A DNA stretch of 64,000 nucleotides from Octopus sinensis (lineage: Eukaryota): the NCBI RefSeq assembly GCF_006345805.1, contig NC_043007.1, forward strand, positions 48,422,001 to 48,486,000, written 5' to 3'. The notes beneath the pieces are model-generated. The model had not been told where the DNA came from. It was given only the letters and a program-made list of their open reading frames with translations, and did not search any database. Both the position numbers and the translations under genes were made by a program. This document shows, piece after piece, positions 24,590 through 37,511 of this stretch. Every line of letters starts with the position of its first letter. Position 1 is the first letter of the stretch.

Positions 24590-26598
24590 ATTGACAGCAG
24601 CGTACCGTAACTGCGTTGTAATAAGGCTATTGTTAAACTAACCCAGCACATGCACATACAGTCATGCTTACACACAAATGCACGTACACACGCACGTTCG
24701 CGCGCGCGTCTAATCATTCATACTGAAACATGCATACACGCATTCGTGCTTATGCTTATACACATGCAGTCATGCATATGGACATCATTTACACACACAT
24801 TCATGCTTAAAGACAGACAAAAACATACATACATACATTCGTGCTTATAAACCTATATGCATACACATAGTCATGCTTATACACATGCATATGTAATTAC
24901 ATATTCATGTTTATACACATGCATATATACATACCCTCATTCATGTTTAGGCACATGCATACACACACATCACACGCACCAAGGAGGCAGTCACAATGTG
25001 GCCACTCAATTTGCTGAAAATCATAGCCAGATGCAATGAAATCTTCCAGAAATGGATGCGGGCATTACTGTGTAGTCAAGAAGTTCGTTTCGTATCTGTG
25101 TAGTTCTAGGTTCGATACCACTCCACGGGTCTCTTAAGCATCGAGTTGACCAGTGCTTGAGTGCGTGTGTATAATATAATATATTATATTATGTTATTTT
25201 ATATTATATTATATTATATTATATTGTATATGCTTGTGTTTCAGCAAAAGTTAGACACATCAGCAAAAAATTACCGATTCTTTCGATGCGTCGAACAAAT
25301 ATTACCCGGTAGTATTTATTCCACCGAGTTGCTTGGACCCTGCATTGTACCTCTTGCCATAGTTAATGCAGTGGACCAGTAACTGGAAGCCTAGGACCAG
25401 AGATACTTATCCCTTGGAATGCAAAAGGAAAAAGGGGTCAGAAGTGGAATGCATTTGATCATAGTTTCAAAGATCTGGTCGATCAAGGCTGATCTGGGCC
25501 TAAGCAACAACATATGCATATATGTATATACTTATATTCATTCATGTTTGCATATATATATATAAACACACACACATACATGGGTATATATATATACAAA
25601 CGTACATTCCTATACATGAAGATATACATGCACACATATATACATACATGCACATTCATATACACATACGTACACACATACAAACATTTCTCGTGCGCCC
25701 GTTCACTCGGCGAGCCAACGATTTATTTTTCAAAATGCATCGAAACAACACATTTTATACGCATGCAGTGTAACACATTTTATGCGCATATGTGTGTGTG
25801 TGTTTGTGTACATTCGTAGGTATGTATGTATGTATTTGTGTGCATGTGCGCACGGCTACGTACGTGTGTTCATATAAATAAACTAAATGTGCGTTTTAAT
25901 TAAAACATACGTTAGTGTACAATTAAATGTTTTTATACCTAAATATATTTGTGTGTGTGTGTGTGCGTGCGTGTGTATGTGTGTGTGTGAAAGACAGCGG
26001 TGAGGTGCATATTTATATTCTGCGTTTGTATAAATAAATTTATATTCGAAATCCTTCTTTTATTTGTGTTCTGGATGCAGCATCGTTGTGTCATGCTGCA
26101 CACCACTGCTACCACCACATATTGCAACAAATCAATGTTGCATTTACCATTCCAAGACCAGAAACAACAACACAGTGTAGCTCAGCGATGCTGCACTGAC
26201 GACTCCACGATCACCACCAACACCACATCATACTGCAACAAGTCACTGCTGCACTTACCAGTCCAAAAGCACTGCCACCATGTTGCAAGAAGAAGTCACT
26301 GCTATGCTTACTACTCCAAGACCATCACCACCACATACTGCACATACTGCTACATGCAAATCAGAATTGCATCATCACTTAGAGCATCAAATTATCACTG
26401 CACTTTCCAATCCATCACTGCATACTGCATCAAGTCAACACCACCTTTGTACAGATAGTCATGACTTGCAAGAGAGTCTAACATACATACCATGTTGTAT
26501 CTGATTTAAGCGCTTATGTAACAGCAAACAGACATATACACCCTTGTGGCCTTCTCACTCTTGGCCTAGTAGAGTATCTATGATGCATCCCCCCAGCA

Positions 26599-27426
26599 AC
26601 CAGAATCTGCACGTCTGTTTTCCTCTTCCCACACCACCATCACCACAAGTATACCCCTGTATCGACTGTGCTCTTCCTAGAGCATCTTGCATCTATAACA
26701 CAGACACACATAAATACACAACAATACACACACATACATATGCAATATTTCAATATTGTATCATTATCAAAGAAACGATGCACCACCTGGGCCAAGGATT
26801 GAACCTTTGATTTTACTATCATGAGCTGATTAGCAGCCTAAATGACCAGGCCACATAGTTTTACCTCCATAATGGCATTATCACCACCTTTCCATCATTG
26901 CTAGCCACCATGGCCACTACACCATCAGCTAGTGCATCAAGTCATCCCTACATCATTACTGGTATTACCACTGCAGCTGCACCACCTAAACCTCCACCTA
27001 GTGCATCAAATTACCATAGCACCACAACACCCACACAACACAACCACCTCATGCATCAAGTCACCAATGCACTACCGTTGCAACTACTACCTAGTGCATC
27101 ATACCACCACCTACCCACCTCATGCATGAAGTCACCTCTGCACCATTGCAATCATCATGTGCATCAACTCACTGCTGCACCACCATCACTGCATCTAGTC
27201 ATGTGTAGTGGCACTTTTATATCTCAACTCTAACATACATCATTCAACCGTGTGACCAGAATCTGCACGTCTGCTTTCCTCTTCCCCCACCACCATCACC
27301 ACAAGTATACCCCTGTATCGACTGTGCTCTTCCTAGAGCATCTTGCATCTATAACACAGACACACATAAACACACAACAATACACACACATACATATGCA
27401 ATATTTCAATATTGTATAATTATCAA
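26599..27426 (+). repeat. 172-bp direct repeat pair (26599-26770 and 27255-27426) with CA-rich degenerate spacer
   Basis: accagaatctgcacgtctg...caatattgtat(c/a)attatcaa repeated at offset 656 with only a few substitutions. Confidence 0.9.
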
Positions 27427-27888
27427 TAATAATGGGTATTTTTTAATATCTTTATTTTTTGTTTGTATTTTTTATTTGATAATAGAATAGAAAACCTTGC
27501 AGGAGGCAACAAACACATCTACAACTATGGAGATATGTCAGGTATATACTATATATATGCATATATATTCATATAGAGATACACACACACACACACGCAT
27601 GCACATACACACAGATACATACACACACACAAACACATTCACACACATGCACACATACATGGGGCAGATTAGCAGAGTCATCAGAGTATTGGAAAAATAA
27701 TTTGTGGCATTTGTTCTGAGTTCAAATTCTGCTGTGATCATCTTTGCCTTCCAGCCATTTGGGGGTTAATCCTATAAATGTGAAATTAAATTTCATTGTT
27801 ATTCTCGCAATGATGTTAAATATCTACCAAAAAAGAAGAAAAGATAGAATTGGTATTTTCTGAAAACCACATTACCTCAATAAATTAC

Positions 27889-28047
27889 ATGCAAGCATGG
27901 TTGTGTGGTAAGGATCTTGCTTCCCAACCATATGGTTCCAGGTTCAGTCCCACAGCATGGCACTTTGGGCAAGTGTTTTCTACTATAGCCTCAGACTGAC
28001 TTGTGAGTGGATTTGGTAGAAACTGAAAGAAGCCCATTGTATGTATG

Positions 28048-28092
<45 letters not shown>

Positions 28093-28285
28093 ATACATTT
28101 ATGTGTATGTGTCATTCTATCTGTGTTTGTCCCCCACCATCACTTCTCAACCGATGTTGGTATGTTTATGTCCCCTTAACTTAGTGGTTCAGCAAAAGAG
28201 ACTGATAGAATTAAAAAACCCTTTAATGTGGTACTCCAGCATGACCACAGTCAAATGACTTAAACAAGTAAAAGAATAAAAGACC
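27889..28285 (+). mobile_element. SINE family A (full length)
   Basis: Head catggttgtgtggtaagg...ggttcagtccc, TA/TG linker, tail ccagcatgaccacagtcaaatgacttaaacaagtaaaag. Confidence 0.8.
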
Positions 28286-28574
28286 AGAATATCACTAAAT
28301 GTAGCTTCAAACATGACATTTCCCAAAACCTAGATTGGTATATAAAACTACTTTCTGCAGTTAAAGGTAATGAAATTTTGAATGGCTATGTCTGATTTCC
28401 ACTGTAAAAGGGTTATGAAATAAGTACCAGTCAAGTAGTAGTGGGGATCAATGGTATTGACTAAGCCCTTCCTCTCACAATTGCTGACTTAGGGCCTAAA
28501 TTAGAAATCGTCCTTATACATATTGCAATGTTCAATGTGTTACAGCCTGCATCATTGAACTTTACAGAACTCAT

Positions 28575-30592
28575 GGTAAGTAGCTTGCTTACGAACCACA
28601 TGGTTCCAGGTTCAGTCCCACTGCTTGGCACCTTGGCCAAGTGTCTTCTATTATAGCCTCAGGCCAACCAAAGCCTTGTGTGTGGATTTGGTTGGTGGCA
28701 ACTGAAAGAAGCCTGTTGTATATACAGGGATGCTGTCAGTAAGGTGAGGGTTGGCAATGAGTACAGTGAAGAATTCCGGGTAGAGGTAGGGGTCCACCAA
28801 GGTTCAGTCCTCAGCCCCCTCCTATTTATCACAGTCCTCCAGGCAATAATAGAGGAATTCAAGACAGGATGCCCCTGGGAGCTCCTCTATGTTGATGACC
28901 TTGCTCTAATTGCTGAGTCACTATCAGAACTAGAGGAGAAGTTTCAGGTGTGGAAACAAGGATTAGAATCAAAGGGCCTTAAAGTCAACCTAGCTAAACC
29001 AAAGTTCTAATAAGTAGGAAGGCAGGCAAACCACAAATCTCTTCAGGTAGATGGCCCTGCTCGATCTTTAGAAAAGGCATAGGTAGAAACTCTAAAAGAT
29101 GTACCCAGTGTAAGCTATGGACACATAAGAGGTGCAGCAATATCAAAGGAAGGCTAAATAGGAAGATAGTTTTTGTATGTGGCAGATGCTCAGGAGCAAT
29201 AAACACTGAAAATGTGCAGAAAACAACTTCCGCCATATTCCAAGGAGGAAAACTAGCAGTAGTTGTTAGCTTCCGTTACCTAGGTGACCAGTCAGTAGCA
29301 GGGGAGGGTACACTGAAAGTGTAGCTGCTAGAATAAGAATAGCCTGGGCAAAGTTCAGAGAGCTCTTACCTCTGTTGGTGACAAAGGGCCTCTTGCTCAG
29401 AGTAAAAGGTAGACTGTATGACGCATGTGTATAAACAGCCATGCTATATGGCAGTGAAACATGGGCCGTGACTGCTGAGAACATGTATAAGCTCACAAGG
29501 AATGAAACCAGTATGATCTGATGGATGTGTAATGTCAGTGTGCATACTCGACAGAGTGTAAGTACCTTGAGAGAAAAGTTGGACCTAAGAAGCATTAGAT
29601 GTGGTGTGCAAGAGAGATGACTGCGCTGGTATGGTCATGTGATGAGAATGGATGAGGGTAACTGTGTGAAAAAGTGCCCCACCCTAGCGGTTGAGGGAAC
29701 CTGTGGAAGAGGTAGACTCAGGAAAACCTGGGATGAAGTGGTGAAGCATGACCTTCGAACATTGGGCCTTACCAAAGCAATGATTAGTGACTGAGACCTT
29801 TGGAAATAATGCTGTGCTTGAGAAGACACAGCAAGCCAAGTGAGACCATAACCTTGTGGCCTATGCCAGGGGTGTAACCAGCCCACTTATGCGTACCTTT
29901 CCTTCATTGGACACTAAACTCTGCTTGCGAAGCCCTATTGAGGCAAGTGAAATCGAAATCAAATTTGATGACTGGCATCCGTGCTAGTGGAGCGCTAAGA
30001 GCACCATCCGACTGTGATCGTTGCCAGAGCAGCTAACTGGCTTCCATGCTAGGGGCACATAAAAAGGACCAATCGAGTGTGGTCATTACCAGCGTCGCCT
30101 TACTGGCACGTGAAAAATCATTCGAGCGAGGTCATTGCCAGTGCCACTGGACTGGCTCCTGTGCAGGTGGCATGTAAAAAACACCATTTGAGCGTGGCTG
30201 TTGCCAGTACCACCTGAGTGGCACGTAAAAGCACTCACTACACTCTCAGAGTGGTTGGTGTTAGAAAGGGCATTCAGCTGTAGAAATTCTTCCAGATCAG
30301 ATTGGAGCCTGGTGCAGCCATCTGGTTCGCCAATCCTCAGTCAAACCGTCCAACCCATGCTAGCATAGAAAGCAGACATTAAACGATGATGATGATATGT
30401 ATGTGTGTGTATATGTTTGTGTCGGTGTTTGTCACCCCAACATCGCTTGACAACCGATGCTGATGTGTTTACATCCTCATAACTTAGTGGTTTATCAAAA
30501 GACACCGATAGAATAAGTCCTGGGGTCAATTTGCTCGACTAAAGGCAGTGCTCCAGCATGGTCACAGTCAAATGACTGAAACAAGTAAAAGA

Positions 30593-30595
<3 letters not shown>
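28575..30595 (+). mobile_element. SINE family A split by an RTE LINE (head 28575-28705, tail 30397-30595)
   Basis: The SINE head ends at gaagcctgttgtata, and the body resumes after the LINE (GAT)n tail. Confidence 0.75.
28706..30396 (+). mobile_element. RTE-clade LINE, 5'-truncated (RT C-half + 3' UTR + (GAT)n tail)
   Basis: GVHQGSVLSPLLF...ELLYVDDLALIAES; later frames give VKGRLYDACV..AMLYGSETW and LRWYGHVMRMD...GRGRLRKTWDEVVKHDL; ends ttaaacgatgatgatgat. Confidence 0.9.
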
Positions 30596-30637
<42 letters not shown>

Positions 30638-31194
30638 TATATATATATATGCATATACATATACATACTGTGTTCTTTTTCTGAGGTACTTGCAGCCAGC
30701 TACACTACATTGTTCTTGCTGTCACTTGTCTCAATAAATCATTCACTCACTGTGCTCCTTCAAAGACGTGAAAAAAGAGATCTCTTACTTAAGAAACAGG
30801 TATGGTTTAGTGACAGGAAGAGCATCTGGTTGTAGAACAACACCTCAATGATATATTCATGTAACCCCATCCTAGCAATGTAAAAAGTAGATGCTCATTT
30901 TTTAAGGCAGTAAAGTCTGACTTGGTTACTATCTCTGGTAAACCGTGCAATCCCATAGTGGCACACACTTATTATTTTGAACAGTTGATAAAAGACCTGA
31001 CCTTTTAGGCCCCATCCATCATGTTATTCTTTTGGTATAACCAGCAGACAAAGAAGAAAAGAGTGCTTGAGAAAGGCAATGGACTTACCCCACAATCTGA
31101 CCTCTCATCATGTAGCTGTGCCAGACCAAAAACATTTTCAGAAGTTGACCACAACCTTAGGCCTGAAAGTAATCCAGGAATGTTTGTTATGTGA

Positions 31195-31420
31195 CCATAT
31201 TTCTCATAAAATAATGGTTACAAATTTTGGCACTAAGCCAGTAATTTCAGGTGTGTGGAGTAAGTTGATTACATCAATCCCTGTCTTCAACTGATACTTA
31301 TTTTATCAACCCCAAAAGGGATGAAAGGTAAAGTCAACATCAGCAGAATTTAAACTCAGAACAGAAAGACAAGCAAAATTGCCTGGAGTGCTCGCGATTC
31401 TTCTAGCTCACCATCTTATA
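31195..31420 (-). mobile_element. SINE family B
   Basis: Reverse complement of the ...ctgagttcaaattc...gactttgcctttcatcc...aagtaccagttg consensus; a further minus copy lies at about 32050-32290. Confidence 0.65.
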
Positions 31421-33964
31421 AATTGATAGTTTGATATTTGAAGAATGGTGAAACTCAGCTCTTTGTCCTTTTTCTTCACCTTCATTATTTTTTTAAGGTG
31501 GACATCATTGTTGTTTTGTAAAAAATTATTTCTCTTTGCCTTTTTGTTTGTTTCATGTTGACCTTTTAGTTTTTTGAAATTTTTTTTCTTTTATTCTTTG
31601 ATTATTTTTTTTTTAGATTTTGCATTTTATTCAACAATTTGTATGCTTTCCTCAGCAACCATTATTTCTTCATCATCACACACTGATGGAGTGCCACTGG
31701 TTACCACAGTTAAGGGACATGTTATTTGCTCACTTGTTTCTAAATTTGCTCTGGAAACAGGTTTTTGTTACTTCTGTTGGTGTCTCAGCTGGTTTCCATG
31801 GTTTTCCTTTCCCATTTTCTAGCCTGGTCACTCTAGTTGTTCAAGACAAGAAGCTTTAGGATGGTTCATATTTCAACAAATGCAGTAATTAGGCTTTTTA
31901 CCCTTGTGTTGTCAATTTCATGCCCTTTGTCCTGGTGCCCTCAACTGGGCACAGTTCTAATAAGGCTTTGTGGTCTTCAGAGGTCATCAGGACCAACAAA
32001 CCCATTCCAACACACCCTGGCCTCATGATGTTATTTCTAGTTAGCTCTGCTTTAACCACTCACCCATATTGGTTTCAAATTTTGACACAAGGCCAGCAAG
32101 TTTGGTGGGAGGGGCTAAGTCGATGACATCAACCTCAGAGCTCAATTGGTATTTATTTTATCCACTCCAAAAGAATGAAAGACAAAGTCAATCTCAGCAG
32201 AATTTGAACTCAGAACATAAAGATGGACAAAATGCTGCTAAGCATTTTGCCCAGTATGCCAACAATTCTGCCAACTCGCCGGCCTAACCACTCTCCCATA
32301 TAGGAAGACCAGACACACATCTATATCATTTCTTCATATCATGAACTGAGAAATAAATAGATAGGTGAAGGTATGTGTATCAATTTCAGCCTGTATTGTG
32401 GCTGAGTCTTCACTTTTGAAAATACACATATAGCAGATAGTGCCATAACTTTTCTTCCTTTCTCAATTGAGAAAATTTCTTCTGAGATGTCCCACAGTGC
32501 TTGTTGCAATTTTTGTTTTGGGAGGTAGATTCTGTCAAGTACCATCTTTTCTTAAGCACAAATATTATTTTTTCTTTGCTCTCTTTTGAGTTAAACCCAT
32601 TGGCAAACAAGCACTGTTTAGTCTTCCAAAATTCTCTCAACTACGTTTTTTTTTTTCTTGGAACTGTGTTAAGTGTTAAAAATTAATTTGTTCTGTTTGT
32701 GTTAGCTTTAACACAGCTTGACTCCAATCAAATGTTGTCTCTGTTATTGTTGCTGCTATTATCACTATCTTTATTTATCACAAGAGAAACAGATTTGGAG
32801 ATGGACATTTAAAGGACAAATTGGTGATGGTGATGGTGGTTGCAATAGTAATGGCAGCAGCAGTGCCCTTTCTCCAGCTGTGCTATTTGACCTACAGGCA
32901 CAGGCTGAGAGTGGATCCCTTTGTGCAGCTCATTCTGACCACATATTCCTGCTTTTTGAGTAAACTTACAAGAGAGCAGCACATTCCTCTTCATATAATG
33001 CTTTCAAATCTATGGGGATGAAAGGTAAAATTGACCACAGTGGAATTTGATACCAGAAAGTAAAGAGCTGTAAACAATTTTGCAGAGATCATTTCTGATG
33101 TTCTGACAATTTTGCCAGCTCACTTCCTTTCCTCTTCAAATATTAGTTTCCAATATTATCAGAAATGTTTATGGCCAAGACTTATGGTGATTTGTTCTGC
33201 TTGGCGAGACATGTCAAGCTATCAGAGTCATTGTTGTCATCATTCTCATCATCATCATTGTCATCATCATCATCATCATTGTTGTTGTCATCGTCATCAT
33301 CATTATCATCATCATCCTTATTGCCATCATTTTATGTGCAGTTTCTGATACCTGCATGCTTTGGGCTGATCTCCACCACAGCATTTCATCATTTGTTGAA
33401 GTCCTTTGGCATCTTATTCTTCAGTCTCAACCTCTTGAAACCAACCTTCGACCATTTATTCTCATTCCTTTCTTAGTATTCCTCTACCTCAGGCTCTGTT
33501 CACCTTCATTTGCATCTTCTGACATTTCTTTGCCCAACAGTCATCCCTTCTATACATCTCATGATCATACCATGTCAGGCTTTTGTCTTTTATACTACAT
33601 CTAATTCCTTTCATATTGCAGAGGTTTTCTCTCTAATCATTTCTCTCGTTACTCATCATCATTATTTCAATGTCCATTTTGACATGCTCACATAGGTCAG
33701 ACAGAATTCACTGAAGCAGATTTTCTACAACCAGATGACCTTCCTGTCGCCAATCCTCACCTGCTTCCAAGTAACATAATGTTTCCCTGTGGATGGACAT
33801 ATTTTCATGGAAGATTGGAAAAGAAGAATATCACTTGCATGATAGGGATGCTCATTTACAACTATTATATAATGTCAAGTCAAGGAGACCCATACACAGA
33901 CACACACATACACACACACACACATATATACATGCATATAACACACTCACATACACATATATAT

Positions 33965-34325
33965 ATATCATCATCATCATCATCGTTTAGCGTCTGCTTT
34001 CCATGCTGGCATGGGTTGGACAGTGCAACTGGGGTCTGGGAAGCCAGAAGGCTGCACCAGGCCCAGTCTGATCTGGCAATGTTTCTACGGCTGGATGCCC
34101 TTCCTAACACCAACCACTCCATGAGTGTAGTGGGTACTTTTTACGTGCCACCGGCACAGGTGCCAGACGAGGCTAGCAAACGGCCACGAGCGGATGGTGC
34201 TTTTTATGTGCCACCGGCACGGAGGCCAAGCAGGGCTGGCAATGGCCACGATCGGATGGTGCTTTTTACGTGCCACCGGCACTGGTATCACAGCTACAAT
34301 TTCCATTGATGTTGATCGATTTTGA
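33965..34325 (-). mobile_element. RTE 3' UTR fragment with two to three ~62-bp repeat units
   Basis: (CAT)n gtttagcgtctgctttccatgc...; units ggtgctttttacgtgccaccggcac. Confidence 0.8.
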
Positions 34326-34341
34326 TTTTTGATTTTGATTT

Positions 34342-34376
<35 letters not shown>

Positions 34377-34609
34377 TAAAAAAAAATATAAGGAGTGCAT
34401 TGTATTTCATAAATAATATTTCAAGGGTTTAACATTATGAAAAGAAAAATTTAATGAAAACATAACAAACAGAAAATTTGATAAAAAAAAACAACAAACA
34501 GAATGGTTTTGTCAAATTTTCCATTTTTTATGTTTTCGTTAAATTTTTCCATTTGTGTCTGTTAAATCCTTGAAATATATATAATTACACACTTCTTTAC
34601 ACTTCTACA

Positions 34610-35500
34610 GAAGATAGGATGCCCACAGCACCTGCTCAAAGTGATAACCTCATTCCACGACAACATGCACAGCACTGTCTGCTATAACGGCACAACATCG
34701 GAAGCCTTCCCAGTCAGCAGCGGAGTGAAAGAAGGTTGTGTTCTCGCACCAACACACTTCCCAATATTCTTCTCGCTGCTCCTACAGTTTGATTTTAAGA
34801 CCAGCAAGGAGGGAGTCTACATCCACACCAAGTGCGACGGCAAGCTTTTCAACATTGCCCGTCTACGAGCCTAAAACAAAGTCGCTAAGGTACTCATTCG
34901 AGAGATGCTCTTCGCAGATGACACAGCACTGGCGTCACATACAAAAGCTGGCACATTCTCCATATCAAATGGCAGGACAGGATCACTAACACAGAGGTTT
35001 TGGACTGTGCCAACATGTACAGCATGCAAACATCACTCTGTGAGAGGCGTCTTCAGTGGCTTGGTCATATCAGCTGAATGGATGCAAGACAGATTCCAAA
35101 GGACCTACTGTACGGACAGCTAGCGGAAGGCTCCAGAACAATGGGACACCCCAAACTGCACTTCAAGGATATCTGGAAGAAGGACTTAAAGCTATGCCAG
35201 ATCAACACTCAAACATGGGAATCCACTCCTGCCAACAGAAGTCCCTGGCGACACAGTGTCAAGCATGAAGTCATAACAGCAGAGAACCTGAGGACTACTA
35301 CTGCCAAACTAAAGAGAACCAGACAAAAGGAGCAGCAGCAGCAACCACAGCTCTCATCCCCTTTCACTTGCACCAGATGTGGTAGAGACTGCCACTTGAT
35401 GATTGGTCTGCACAGCCACACCAGGAAGTGCAGATAAACCCACCACCTTTTCCGAGCTACACCATCGTCTCTCGAGACGGACAGATGCTGAAGGAGGAAG
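34610..35500 (+). mobile_element. RTE/BovB-like LINE fragment, internally deleted, with C-terminal zinc finger
   Basis: SEAFPVSSGVKEGCVLAPT, MLFADD, RQIPKDLLYGQLAEGSR..GHPKLHFKD and FTCTRCGRDCHLMIGLHSHTRKC; ends in ggaggaaggagga. Confidence 0.85.
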
Positions 35501-35590
35501 GAGGATATAATTATATATATATACACATACACACACACACACACACACACTGTATATATGTATACACCTATAGCTATATATATATATATA

Positions 35591-36447
35591 CTAGCTGACG
35601 TACCCAGTAATTGCTGGGAAAGCAGGGCTTATCCCTTAGTTCCATTCTCATAATTGTTTCACTAATCCAGTAACAACATTACAAAGTATGTTGCCCTTAA
35701 AACGGTTTTTGTACATTTACAGAGAATACCGAACTGTCTTACACAGGATCTTATTTTTATGAATACCCAAATTGTCAAATCAGCTGTGTAATAACATAAA
35801 ATTAATTGCCCAATAGTAAGAATTCAAATAAAGTAGCCCCGAAAAGGGCTTTAATACATTCCCAGAGTATATAGAACTTAGGAGGAAATACTAATAAGGT
35901 ATGTATAGTAAAATCGTGAAGCATCTTACATAATAACAGGCTAATCAGATATGAGATAATAACAATTCAAAGTAAATAGCTCTGAAAAAAGCTTTTGTGC
36001 ATTTGCAGAGGATATTACCCTCAGCGACACTAGTGTTGGTATATTCGTGAATAAGTCACTAACCGAAATAAGTGGGTCTATTGTTTAGGAAAATACTATT
36101 TACTTGTTTAAGCATTGTACTGGATACAGTGTGAAAATAACTGAAATAGTTCAAATACTAAGAAATAAGCATTCTCAGTTTGATTTATACCAAATAATTT
36201 ACGAAGATGAATGGGTTATTTCCCTTGGATGTTTAAAAATAATATATTAGTTATATGTAGTAGATATAAGAATCCCTTGAAGGGATTCTTATATCGATTT
36301 TTTTCAAGTATGTCACTAGTTTTCCAGACGTGGGTTCTACTCACGTGTCAAGTTTCATCAAAATCAATAAAATGATGTAGGAGGAGTTAGATAACAACTC
36401 CACAAACAAACACACCCACAGACAGAATTTTCCACATATGTTGTAGA
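35591..36447 (-). mobile_element. Non-autonomous Helitron
   Basis: A|TC start on the minus strand (36447). 3' end CCCAG-caatta-CTGGG hairpin, 8 nt, then CTAG|T. Homologous to 46851-47918. Confidence 0.75.
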
Positions 36448-36719
36448 TATTGCTTAGGCATTGTGAGACTAATAACCTGGTGTAGAACTCAATATACATA
36501 TGCTTCAGAATGAAGTGTTAGACGAGTATAGAATGGGTATTAAGAAAATGAGATGACAAAAGGAAAAAAACGATTATGTCATGAACTTCATTTGCTTATA
36601 GTTGTTTCTATGAGATGCAGTGGACTCGTAGCTGAGTACCAGAATAGCACTTTATAGCTTCAATGAAGTGCAATTTACGTGGGGAAAAAATTACATTTGA
36701 GCATATAAGTATGTATATA

Positions 36720-36880
36720 CAACTGGCTTCTTTCAGTTTTCATCTACAAAATCCACTCACAAGGCTTTGGTTGGCCCAGGGTTATATTAGAAGACACTTG
36801 CCCAAGGTACCATTTAGTGAGACTGAACCTGAAATCATGTGATTGGGAAGCAAACTTCTTAACTACACTAACATGCCTGC
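36720..36880 (-). mobile_element. SINE family A head
   Basis: ctggcttctttcagttt...aaatccactcacaaggctttgg...gggaagcaaacttctt, reverse complement of the head. Confidence 0.7.
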
Positions 36881-37390
36881 ACACTAAACATTTCACATCC
36901 TGCAAAGCATTCTCATCTCATTTCTTGCTGATCTTCATTCATCCCCTGCATCTCTGCATCTAAATGCTGCATTCCCAACATAAGCATCATGCATTGTATC
37001 CTTCACATGGTGAGAAAACTTTGTTGTTACCAGCAGAGATAATAACTGCTTAAACTCCACGATTCTTTTCTTACTCTAAGTATACTTTCACAGAACTCCC
37101 CACTAGTACTATTTTTATCAACTGATACTGAAAGCTATCAAAAACTTCTACACAATTCTCTGAACATTTGAAAGAAATTAATTCATGGCTACTCATACTA
37201 CTAACTATTACTGTGTATTTGCTTTATATATGAAATTCTGTGTATTTTCATTTATTTGACCTGGAAATAATGCAGAGAATATTGTTTACAATAAAAAGAT
37301 GTTTCTGGTAATTTTTCTTCAAGAATTTATCATATTCCTTCATTTTACAGATGTGGCTACAGTAGTATGTGGAGCTCAAAATGAACCAAT

Positions 37391-37511
37391 ATGGAGATTA
37401 ACTTACCAATCTTTAAGAAACCAAAGATAGAAGACAATGGGGAATCAATTTCCAGCAGTGAAACAACTGTGCCGGACCAGACCAAGAAATATGTGACCCA
37501 AGTATTCCTAA
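37391..37511 (+). CDS. CIPC: CIPC-like gene, first coding exon (MEINLPIFKKPKIEDNGESISSSETTVPDQTKKYVTQVFL + 1 nt); the exon itself starts at 37351
   Basis: Polypyrimidine acceptor ...ccttcattttacag|37351. In-frame TGA (37382-37384) lies upstream of ATG 37391, and the other two frames also close. Donor A|GTAAGC at 37511/37512 is phase 1, matching the next exon. Confidence 0.7.

Noticed and set aside
26599-27426. LTR retrotransposon with paired LTRs
   Set aside because: No TG...CA ends, PBS, PPT, TSD or gag/pol remnants between the repeats.
37502-37507. Alternative donor GTATTC for the first coding exon
   Set aside because: A weaker site giving phase 0, which does not keep frame with exon 46098-46156; GTAAGC at 37512 does.
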